From NCBI RefSeq assembly GCF_000181795.1, contig NW_003526941.1:1893542-1948020 (forward strand): a DNA stretch of 54,479 nt, read 5' to 3'. The translations under genes and the position numbers were made by a program. The stretch's first letter is position 1; each line of letters opens with the position of its first letter. Source of the DNA: Trichinella spiralis (Eukaryota). Positions 40,145 to 52,430 of the stretch are shown one piece after another. The notes below the pieces were generated by a model. It was not told where the DNA came from. It saw nothing but the letters and a program-made list of their open reading frames with translations, and made no database searches.

Positions 40145-43007
40145 ATGAATGAATTGAATGGTAAAGGAAATGCTGAGAAAGCATCACTTCCGTTGGATAA
40201 TGTTCAAGCGATCCAGGAAGAGATGGATCGTCATGCCGTTGGTTATTGCGCAATTATTACTTGTGTTATGGAAAAAACATTTTGTAAAAATTTCTTTTTC
40301 TCGTAGATATGATTATGGCAACAAGTAAACTTTATATGGAATCGTTGGAAGTGAAAACTTGTCGACCGAACTGGCGTAGCTATTTGCAGTATGTTAATTT
40401 TTGTAGTATATACATATATGATTCTTGTGTGTGCATGATGCAATTTGCATGGACTGTTCAGTTGTGTTGAATTATGAATATTGGGTGAATGGCTATTAAT
40501 GGGAATTTTTCACTTTTTTTCAGAAGCAGTATGATTACACAAGAAGATTTTAACTTCATTACAGCATATGAAACAGTAAAGGGTGAAGAGAAAAGGGCAT
40601 TTTTAGAAAACAACAAACTTCAGGTTGTAAGGAAATTGTTAATTATGGTTTTAGAGACATTTTGTCGGTTTTAGTGTGCCCGCACGTTTGTTAGTCTGAT
40701 GTCCAACATATCTAAAGATCAAACGGTCCGATGTGTTCTAACAATGATTGATGATATGATTCAAGTGAAATTTTTTTCACGTTTGTTTTCAGGTTAAATG
40801 TGCAATTTGTTTAATAGGAAGACCGTAGTCGAGTGGAAATGTTCATCAGTTATGCTCGAAAGGAAAAACAGTCGGTATGGACACCATTTTTGGCTCTTTT
40901 AACAAGAGCTGATGGCTTTGTTATTAACCAAGTATGTTTATCTTTCGCAATTTCAAAATTGCAATTCATTTTTACTTTTGCAATTTAATGCAAGTAAATA
41001 TTGATTTGCTTATCTTATGATCATTGATTGTTGCAGATTTTCGAAGAATATTCCGAAAATCAATATTTCAATATCAGTCTTGATATTTAATTTTGATTTG
41101 TCACGCTTGTTTGTTTCAATAACCAATTCGGTTATGGCTGTTGTGCATTGATAATTATTTAGGTTAGTTTAATTATTACTAAAATGGCTTGCTGCGGTGT
41201 AGATCTCATGGATGGGGCAGATTTAACTTACTTTCTTACGTGGTTGAAAGATCGTCTTCGTACTCCTGTGAGTATATATAGCTTTGTGGAATTAAAAAAA
41301 GTAATGTAAAATTTTCATTCAGGGAAATGAGTATATTCATACCACAGCTAGATGTTTACAAATGTTGCTTCGAATTGAAGAGTACCGGTTTGCTTTTGTC
41401 AACATAGATGGCATTTCAACGTAAATGCTTGTATGATTGATTTACTATTGATTGAACAAAATAGCTCATTTTTTAGTATTCTTTCCACTTTGGCTGGTCG
41501 AGCGAATTTTCAGCTACAGTACCAACTTATTTTTTGCATTTGGTGTTTAACTTTCAGTCCTGATATTGCTGAAAAAATGCATAGGTACACTCATATGAGG
41601 TGATGTTGAAACGAGTTTACATATAGCAGCAGCATAATTTTTAGGCTTGGTGTAATTTCTACGATAGCAGAAGTTGTTTCAGAAACATCAAAAGAGAAAG
41701 TAATACGAATAGCGTTGGCAACTCTTCGAGTAAAATTATTTTCTCCAATTACGGTATTTTGATTATTAAGGGGAAAATTTTTGTTTTACCGCTTGTAGAA
41801 CTTGCTCGAAAAACCGGAAGATGCAAGCATTGCCCGTGAAAATGCTATACAAATGGTGCAGTGCAAAATTACCAAGACATTAGATTTACTCATGAGCAAA
41901 ACTGTTGATGATCAAGAGTTTACTGAAGACATGGAATTTTTGGCTGATAGGTTACAAAGCAGCGTGCAAGATTTGAGGTGAATTTTATTTTATTTACAAC
42001 ACTCTTGATGTCAGTATTTTTTATTACTCTATTTATTTATTTTCACTGCAGCTCATTTGATGAATATCTGACTGAAGTGAAGTCGGGCCGTTTGCAATGG
42101 AGCCCTGTTCACAAATCGGAAAAATTTTGGAAAGAAAATACTCAGCGCTTTAATGAGAAAAATTTTGAAGTACTTAAGTAAGTACAAAAATGATTCAAAT
42201 TATGATTAAACGTAATTTTTTAAAATCATTTTTATTATGTCATAGTGTTCTGAAAAATATTTCTCAATTTAAAATGCCGGATCAAGTGATTGAAATGCAA
42301 TACCATTTCAGGATATTAATTAAAGTACTTGAAGTGGGTAATGACCCGTTGATTTTGTGTGTTGCTGCGCATGATCTTGGAGAATATGTTCGACATTATC
42401 CGAGGGGAAAAACGTAAATAATAATAATAAATATGGCGTAAAAATTGCTCTTATTTATAAAGAACAGTAAGCATTTTTTTTGTTACAGCGTTATTGAGCA
42501 GTTAAATGGAAAGACAATGGTAATGCGCTTGCTCACTCATGAAGATCCAAACGTTCGTTATCACGCACTTTTGTCTGTACAGAAAATTATGGTTCACAAT
42601 TGGTAAGAATTCACTTTTTCTTGGCCAGCTTGGATATTCTTTTAATAACCGTACTATTAGTGACACTGAGTGAGCAAAATTAGACAGTGATGATTAATGC
42701 CGCATGGTAAGCAGTTCTGAAAAGATATAGTAGTGCACATTGATTATATATCAGTTTTGTCGCAGCGCTTTCAGTCGCTTTCTAATTTTGCTCACGACAG
42801 TTTCAGCTAATAGTTGGTTTCAGAATATGTCTATTTGAGAAAATGAAATTTTAAATTTTTTCTTGTTATTTTATTGCATATTAATTCTAAAGGGAATACT
42901 TGGGCAAGCAGTTGGAAAAAGAAAATCAAGAAAACAAGCAAAAATTAACTGCCCCAAACAGATCGAAACCGCTCGAAGCAAACACGGCAACTGAAACCAA
43001 AATGTGA
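40145..43007 (+). CDS. vha-15: V-type proton ATPase subunit H
   Basis: Motifs [97 protein letters not shown] and [16 protein letters not shown]. Stop TGA 43005-43007. Confidence 0.96.
42647..42819 (+). other. Long intronic inverted repeat / hairpin in the last intron of the V-ATPase H gene
   Basis: GTGAGCAAAATTAGA (42670-42684) is the exact reverse complement of TCTAATTTTGCTCAC (42781-42795). The outer CTATTAG/CTAATAG and AACC/GGTT also pair. Confidence 0.85.
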
Positions 43008-43297
43008 AAGTGAAGAAAAATTTTTTTCTGCTCCTTGGAGATGTGATTTCTTTTACTTGATTATGCGTGAATGAATAAGCTGCAATGTAAGGATTAATCA
43101 GAAATGAAGATCTCATTGTTTTTGAGAAATTTTAGAATTCAGCAAAACATCCTGCTAATGTATTCCATTCTGTTCGCGAAAACTACGATAATTGTGTAAT
43201 TTAAATGCAAATTAAAAATCAGTTGCTCTACTCAGTACTGAATTCCATTTATTTTTATTCAATTTCATTTCACTATTCTAAGTTACTGTTGTTTGAT

Positions 43298-44206
<909 letters not shown>

Positions 44207-46709
44207 TTTCTATAATGTATGACTGCACAACAGTAATCTCCAACAAATCTTAAACTACAGTAATATTTGAACCTGATTGCTAATTTTATTTGAGAAATTG
44301 AATTACATTCTCTGATTATTAAAGTATGCATCTCTAAACTATTAAAATTAAAACTAAAAATTTTTAATTGAAATTAATTTTTTTGAGTGTTTCTGAAGTA
44401 AATAAACGCCCACCAAAATGATAGTTCAGATACGCTTATGCAAGAAATTAAATAGTAGTTTAACATTATTTTTAGTAATTCTTTAAAATTCTAATGTTAT
44501 ATAATTTTTCTGTTAATAATCAAAAACTCAGATGGATAAATATTTCATTTCTGAGTCAATGACATTTCATATAAACAGAGCAGCAATTTAATCATTACTT
44601 GTGGTGTTTCGAAATTATATTTTAATTTAATGTGGTATTTCAGGAAATGCTTTTAATAATGATTACATAAATAATACCTTTATAGTTTATGTGGAATGCT
44701 TACAGTAAGCTTCTGCGTTACAGTTGTTTTCATTCATTGTGCAGCTTACAGCGTAGCATTTGAAATGAAAAAGGCATGATATTTTATTTATTAAAATTTT
44801 CACTTGAAATTTTAATGATGAAAGTCTCTTCCGGATAATGAATATTTGAATGATTCAGTTTTTTCTGAAACAGATAGACATTTTTAAGTAATTTTCGATG
44901 TTTAGACTTTTTTGATAATTATATTTTAGATAATTTATTTGGAAATCTAAAGGTGTTCATTTTCCTTTATTCTGAAGCGTGTTGGACAGACGAGAAGCGG
45001 TGAAATAGTTAATTTTTCAGGTTTGTCAGCTTGCAAAAAGTAACAACTAATTTTCATATTTTTAATGCTCGCATGAGTGAAGTTTCCGTTTTGAATGGTG
45101 ATATGTATAAATCTATTGTTTTTAGAGAAAAATACATATTTTCCATTGAATGATATTGAATGTACAGCGTAATTTGGAGCGATGACTGTCTTCTACAGAA
45201 TGGAAAAAGCTGTGGCATTGTAGATTGTTTTTTTTTGCTGATAATATTCTGTCAAACATGCATTTAAAATATGAAAATAAGTATTTAAAGCAGTTATTTT
45301 TTTCAGAAACAGCTAATTAATCTGACTGTTTAATGAAACTGTGGGAATAATTTTGTTTGACTGATTTTGGGTAAAAATCAGAACTGAATATATATAATGC
45401 AATATTTTTACTTTAAAAATTTTGCTTATGATAATCTTAGTATTGTAAATATTTCTTTATGGTTCAAATTTATTAATACTAGTGCTAATAAGGAAAATTA
45501 ATGAAATAGTAAGTTTCTATAATGAAAAAAAGCAAAGCCACATGCACGTTGTCCAGTGACGTATTTGCAAATACATGCTTTTTACATAAGCCATATCTAT
45601 TTGTTGCCATATGTGTTTATTTGCAGTCGCAGTTGCTTTTTTTTGTTTAATCATGAAGAAGATTTTGTCATAAGAGTGAATGTAATGAAATTCTTAATAC
45701 ATTGGATATTAATGTTGCCAGTAAGCTGTTACTAATAATTCATTATTAATGGCAATAATTTATGTTATAAATTTTACTTCATAATGTAGCAAGTAATGCA
45801 GATTACAGCTAATGATATTTTGATGATTGGGAATCATGTATTGTATGATAATGTTTGTATATCTTATGAACTACATTAATTTTAAATTGCTCTCTCGGTT
45901 TGTATTTAAGCAATTAAGAAATTATTAATACGATCGTTCATGTTTTCAGACAATATTGGTGAGGTGTATTTATTATTTTACAGATACGTCCAAATTTAAG
46001 CTTTTTTAATTTGTGACGTTAGTTACTGAAAAGCTGTTTAGGTGAATTATTACCTATTTTACTTTAAGTTTCATAAATTGTAGAAAAACAGTTATTGCTG
46101 GAATGTTTTTATAGCTTGAATAATAATGAATGCAGTTTTTAGAAAAATAAATGCCGTAAGAGTAGCTCACATTGCACCTTGTGAAGGTGAAATACGTCAT
46201 GTTTTTACTTAGTTTCATCATTTACGTAATTGAAACAGAAATTCAAAAAGCTCAAAATAAAGGAAAATTTGCTAATTATCTAAGCTATCAAGTTCATTTA
46301 AATATTGAACTTAATAATTTTAATTTTACTTGATTATCACAATGTTTTTTTCTTACTGTGCTTCAAATCTAGATCCTGGTTTATTAATTGCAGGTTTTGT
46401 CTTGTGGTAACGTTGTTTTACAAGTTCTTTTTTGTTAAATTTAGTTTCAAATCGTTCACAAGTCACTTTTTGTCCATTAATTTTTCTTCTTCAGAAAATT
46501 TTGAACGATTCATTTTACAGTTTCCGTTTTTAGTTCCATTTAATGTTAATTCAATTTTAGAATTGTTTTGGAAAACTTGTTGCTCATGCTCATTTTCCAA
46601 TGATATTGTTTATTTGGTTATAATTTGAGCGTGTTGTTTTTTTAAATATAATTTATATTTTTTGAAAACCATCGCAGAATTTTAGTTGCGTGAATGGTTC
46701 TGTTAGCTG

Positions 46710-49700
46710 ATGCATGAACGCTTAGTGAACGATGACAAAAAAGGTGACATGTCTACGCAATCCGCTGCGCGGAAGTCGGCGCTTTTCCGCTTTGGACGTA
46801 GAGCAAAGCGGAAATCGAAGTATGTTATTCTTTGTTTTGTTTTATTATGTTTCCTTTCTTGTTTGAAGCTCATCTCTTTAAATTCTGAAATTCTGTTTTG
46901 TTTAAACTAAGTTTTGTTTAAAGCTGTTTAAAAAAGGGTAACTTCCTTCAATTATTGTAATTAAAGTTTTCTATATATTTATTAATTTCAAAAAATTCTG
47001 ATCAAAAGTAATTTGTAGGAAAGCAATGGCGGTGGACATTTCAAAGGAGCGAAATTTTGCGGCGGACATGGTCGAAGGCGTGGGCCACTCAAGTGCCGAC
47101 TGTGGTTCGTCTTCCGTTCATGGTCAGTCGGTTTTTCCGATGCAACCAACGCCCGACTCGTTCTGCAATGACCAACAAGCATCTGCTTTGCCGTCAGTTA
47201 GCAAAGGTGCAACCAAAGAATGTCCGGTGTGTGTCACGCGGCAACCGATTGAGCAGTTTCCTCGTTTGATTTGCTGCAATCATCGAGCTTGTCTGAGTTG
47301 CTTGATTGAAGTACGTCATGCAGTATTTAAATATAAAGTTGAATACTTTAGCTGCACGAGTGTTTATGTGTTATATTAGTTGATAATTTGTTAAAATTCA
47401 GCGACTCATTTTACTAAGTGACCAACGTATTCAAATTAATCATCATAATCTGTGCCGATGCTGTGACAGATTTAGTTTTCATATTTTGTTTTAAAATAAT
47501 TAATTTTGCTTCCCTTTGAAGAAAACCAATTTTCTTCGATATTGTTTACCTTCTTGTATATATTGGGAAAGCGCAGTATTTAATCAACCATTCTGCTTGT
47601 TGGAAATGTGAATAATTGATTTGTTTACTCTTACATTTTTATTTTTAAATTGTCGTTTCGCTTTAATTATGTATGTTGTCCCACTGTTAGACGCTTCAAT
47701 GATGAAATATTACTATTTTAATTTCATTTTTAATCACTAATTTCATTTCATTTAATTCATAATATTATTTTTGTCTTATAGAGTGGAATGTTCAGTGTGG
47801 TGAAATTAAGTTTTCTTTAAAAAAATTTAAACTGAAGTGATTTGTGGTTTTTAAAAAGTAATTAGGGTCTGCATCTTGTTGAACGTGATGGTGGTATTTT
47901 CCAATTATTTATTTGAGCTTTAGGTAAAACTTTAATTTAAAAGGAAGATGATAAAATACTAATTATACTTAATTTTGTATTCATTGTGATTGATTAGTAA
48001 TTATTTTCAATCAAACAGTTTATCTATAATTACTTATGATTTCAGGGTTGTTTATAATTTTTTTGTTTATCAAATAATAGGAGGAAACTGCGATAAGCTG
48101 TGAGACTTCTTACTTTCACAGCTTTGAGCAGCATCTTGAAAATGACTTTTCTGGTCAGTAATTTATTATTTTTTTTAATAGTACTTACAGCTTCAAATTT
48201 TGGAAAGTCGCGTCAATCTAACTTGCTATGAATGCAACGAAATGCTACATCCGGATGATGTGTACAGTATATTGAAAGATAAGCCACACTTAATTGAAAA
48301 ATATGAAGAATTTTCGGTGCGTCGTGTGTTGATGAGTGATCCGGACACGCGTTGGTGTCCTGCGCCAGATTGTAGGTAATGATTTTAATGGTATAAGATT
48401 GTTATTATTTTTTGATTGTGAAGTTCTTTTTTTTTCTTACAGTTATGCCGTGATTGCCTCAGGGTGTGCTGCTTGTCCAGAAATTAAATGTGAAAGGATC
48501 GGATGCGGTGCGTCATTTTGTTACCATTGCAAAATGATTTGGCATTCGAATCAAACGTGCGATGAAGCAAAGGCTTCTAGGCGTTCAGTGGCCGACTCGC
48601 CCATGCAAATTGATGTGAACGTTAAACGTAAGTTGAAAGCATTGTTAATTGTAATTGTTTAACTGTGTTGATTTTGTTTTGGTATTTTTAGCCGGCGATT
48701 TGAAAGCTTGTCCCCGGTGTAAAACATACATAGTAAAAATGAATGACGGTTCGTGCAATCATATGATCTGCGCGTTATGCGGTGTTGAATTTTGCTGGCT
48801 TTGTTTGAAAGAGATATCCGACTTGCACTATCTCAGGTAATCATCGTCTGATAAGCTGCAAAAGCAGAAGAGAACAATTTATTAATTATTTGAGTGAGTG
48901 ATTGTTTTACTTTTTAGTCCATCAGGTTGTACATTTTGGGGCAAGAAACCGTGGTCGCGTAAGAAGAAATTAATTTGGCAAGTGAGCATGCTTGTGGGAG
49001 CGCCAGTTGGTATCGCTTTAGTGGCCGGTCTCGCTGTGCCTGCGATTATTTTTGGTTTTCCAGTGTGGATTGGTCGAAAGGTGATTGGATGTAGCGTAAT
49101 TTTGCAAGCATCTATTAATGTATTTTGTATTTGGATTTTTAGATTCATCAGCGCTTAAAATACAGTACGAAATTCAAGCGCATTTTCGCCATTTTAGGAG
49201 GCGTTGCCGGTGGTGTAGTATTGAGCCCTGTGCTGGCTTCGTTAGCCATCAGTATGTGTGCTGTTTATCGTGTCGTTGTAGGGAAATTTTGATGAATGGT
49301 GCAAAATTTAAAAAGAAAATTTAATGATCTATCACATTTTTTATTTCGGAAAAAAAGCTGAAACGGTGCAATTGTTTCAGGTGTCGGTGTGCCAATTTTG
49401 TTGGCTTATGTATACGGTGTTGTACTGGTATCGCTGTGCCGAAATGGTTATTGCGGTGTGAATTCAAGCAACAGCGGCGTTCGTTTGGACAGTGACGAAA
49501 CTGTTGTCTCGTCGGCAGGTAAAACAAACTGCTAGAGTTTTTTCTTTTTGTCTAATTCTGGTAAATAGCATTTTCTTCACTTCAGTGCGCAACGAGCTGA
49601 TGCAAGAAAGGGCGTTCTTATTGCGTGAAGTGGATCGTCAGGATTCGGAAAATTTCATCACCTCTGTCAGCAGCGATGCCAGTGGTCAAAATAGCATTCA

Positions 49701-50943
49701 GATTCAGGTGGACGTTTGTGACTCTACGGTACCGGCGGCTGAAAGGCATTCTCGTTTCAATGTCGAAGCTTTGAGTACGAAAACATTTGAAACCGCTTGT
49801 TTCGACGACAAGGTTTGAAATTTTGCATATCCTCTCACAGCTTTGCTTTGAACGATTTTTTGCAGAGCATTCGCACATACGACAGTTTTGCCGACACATG
49901 CAACGTTTCTTTGCAAGAAGGTGGCAGTTTGAAAGGTTTGCACGGTTCGTTGGGATTTCCTTGCGTGGATGAAGAAGCCAAGAGTACGGCGAATTCTGCT
50001 GCCGCGGTGCAGCGGTTTCAAGATTCTACTACTTTGAACTGTGATTGTACAGACGTCAACTCTTCTACAATTAATGGCAACACTGCTGTGGAGCCGTCTT
50101 CCTGCCGTGGTTTGGATTCGTTGGTTTTGGCGTTTGCTGACGAGCAGTCTGCAAGCAGTGGCAACCAATCGCCATCTGAAAAAATTGAAGAATTGGACAA
50201 TGGTATGTAAATAAATAAATAAATATATATACATGTGTGTGTGTGTGTGTGTGTATTGTTGTTCTTTCTTTTTTGATTTGTAATCTGCGACACAATGTGG
50301 AAAATTATTTTGAATATTACACGACCATTTTTCATCTTTTTTTTTCAATGCAGAATCGTCGCGTATTTTGCTTTGCTGTCAGAGTGATGAATCACATTCA
50401 GAGTTGTCTTGCAAGCATCGGTTGAGGAACAGTTCAGCGGAAGGTGAAGGTGAATTTTTGCTTCTGCCGTCGGATGCTGTTTTGTGGAAAAGTGGCAAGC
50501 CGCTATTGAGCGAGATGAAAATGTCGAAAAGTTCCTCGACCTTGTCGCAGCGTCCAAGCGCCGCGTCGACCGTGCTCAACAGCATTCTGGAAATGGCCTC
50601 GGATTCAACGGCCGCTTTGGATCGGACAGCTCGCGGCTTGTTCACCTCCGTCGACAGAAGCATGGGCGCTGGTCGGCGACGGTTCAGTATGCTTTTTCGC
50701 AAAGAGAAAAACGCAACGGATCCGATGCCAACGATTTTGTAAATAAAACAGATTGTTCCTTCCAAATTTGTGCATGCTGTTTTCAGAAGAAGTCAATGTC
50801 GAATTTTGCATCATCTTCCTTATTTTAGACCTGATTTTCTCGACCACGAGGACATTTCTCGTTCTATGCCGAACATGAACAGCAGCAGCTGCCAGCTGAG
50901 AAGCCAACTATACGACGACCAAGCACAGAGGGGAGATTTTTAG
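46710..50943 (+). CDS. RNF19: RBR-type E3 ubiquitin ligase, RNF19A/B (Dorfin)-like, with post-RING2 TM segments
   Basis: RING1 CPVC...CNHRACLSC...[19 protein letters not shown]...[14 protein letters not shown]2 [34 protein letters not shown], then [22 protein letters not shown] and hydrophobic GAPVGIAL. The end is either TAA 50740-50742 or, via one more exon, TAG 50941-50943. Confidence 0.93.
50234..50254. repeat. (TG)n microsatellite in an RNF19 intron
   Basis: tgtgtgtgtgtgtgtgtgtgt. Confidence 0.95.
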
Positions 50944-51620
50944 TGCGTTTCTTCCTCGGTTTGTCAGTGTAACAACAATTGCGTTTTGTCTGCTGCATGA
51001 TTCAGCTCAAAAATGGGTCCTGGAAACTATCCTACTTTTTCTCTTCAACATTTTTTCAACAAATATTTTATTTTATTTTATTCCATTGCCACAACACAAG
51101 TCGGTCGGTTGCACGTTTGTACTTTTATATGATGGGTTTTGCTGAAAACCAAACTTTTCTCTGCCGGGCAGTATTTTATAGACGAATTTTTTTATTTAAA
51201 CCACGCCTTTCGTCACCTCAACAGTTGTTGGATTGTTGTCCGTAACACTCCTTCCTTCTTTTCAACATTATCGTCGTGTATTTTTTAAAACGAGATGATT
51301 TTTCATACGTGCATTTTTGTTTTTCTTTTGCATTTTACATTTTCTCAGTGTCAATTTGTGCTGATTTGAACATTTTTTTGCAAATGCGATCATGAAAAAA
51401 ATGTTTTAAAGTAAAACCCCTTTTTTAATTTGTCGACTATTTACTTGCCAGCTTTCTCTGTTTCACATGAGCTGACGTATATTTTGTAATTGCATTGAAT
51501 ATTTGATTACATTTCTTTTCATTAATAATACGGACAGTATGCTTTTTGTTTTTTAATTCTTTTGTCTTTTGTTTTAGATATTATTCTTGTGACAAATCGG
51601 TGGTGGAGGAAATTTCTGAT

Positions 51621-52430
51621 ATGCGTATGCATCAGCTTTGCAGACTTTTTCAAAACACGAAGGTAATTTCTGATATAGCTATTTATTCATAAGTGTATAT
51701 ATATATTTGAGTACACCAGTTTGCGTTTCTGGGCTCTCGTGCAGTAGTGATGTGTCATCATTATAAGGGACGTAGTAATCTAATGAATTTGTGGTAAAAT
51801 AATGAATTTTGAATAATTTTATTTCTTCAACCTATCATTTGATTTTTTAATTTGCTGAATTTAAGCATCAAAATAAATGTATTTGGTTTAATTTTCTTAT
51901 CATTTCAGCGTTTTAACTCGCTTACAATCGACATTGACATTTGTTCGATTTGATTAAATTTGCAGTCTGTGACGTTGAAGGATCATAGTTTAAGCTTTTT
52001 TCAGGCAGTTATGAATTTGCTATCTTATCGTAGAACATTTTTTCACGATGATGGGCCATCACAGTTTCCGCTTTGCAGCGATGCTTCAATGTTTGATGAC
52101 GTGAATATTGAAATGCCTTCCACGGAAGAGGGGGAGCTCAGCGAAGACTTGGTTAATCTGCTTGAAAAGCAGTCTCATGTTCGCCTGAATGACAAAACTG
52201 CTGTAAATAATTTCAGAAATGCAATAAAGTATGCCCAGAAAACGAAGCACATCGATACTAATAATATTCAGCCAATGCAAGCGCTATTCGCAGGGATGCA
52301 CTTACATCTGCGAAATGACGACAAGGAGAATTTTCTTGGTTGCCGCAACGAGGAAACGCTGCTTAATGCCAGCAAAACTTCACATGGATATTTCATTTCA
52401 CCACTGGCTAATATGACATCTGAAAAGTAG
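51621..52430 (+). CDS. GATC: Mitochondrial glutamyl-tRNA(Gln) amidotransferase subunit C
   Basis: Exon 51621-51662 (MRMHQLCRLFQNTK, presequence-like) splices in frame to 52005-52430. LVNLLEKQSHV, AIKYAQKTKHIDTNNIQPM, LHLRNDD and LLNASKTSHGYFISP match the eukaryotic GatC pattern. Confidence 0.8.

Noticed and set aside
49704..50907. Several long minus-strand ORFs over the RNF19 3' exons
   Set aside because: Antisense shadows of GC-richer coding exons. They run through a (CA)n microsatellite.
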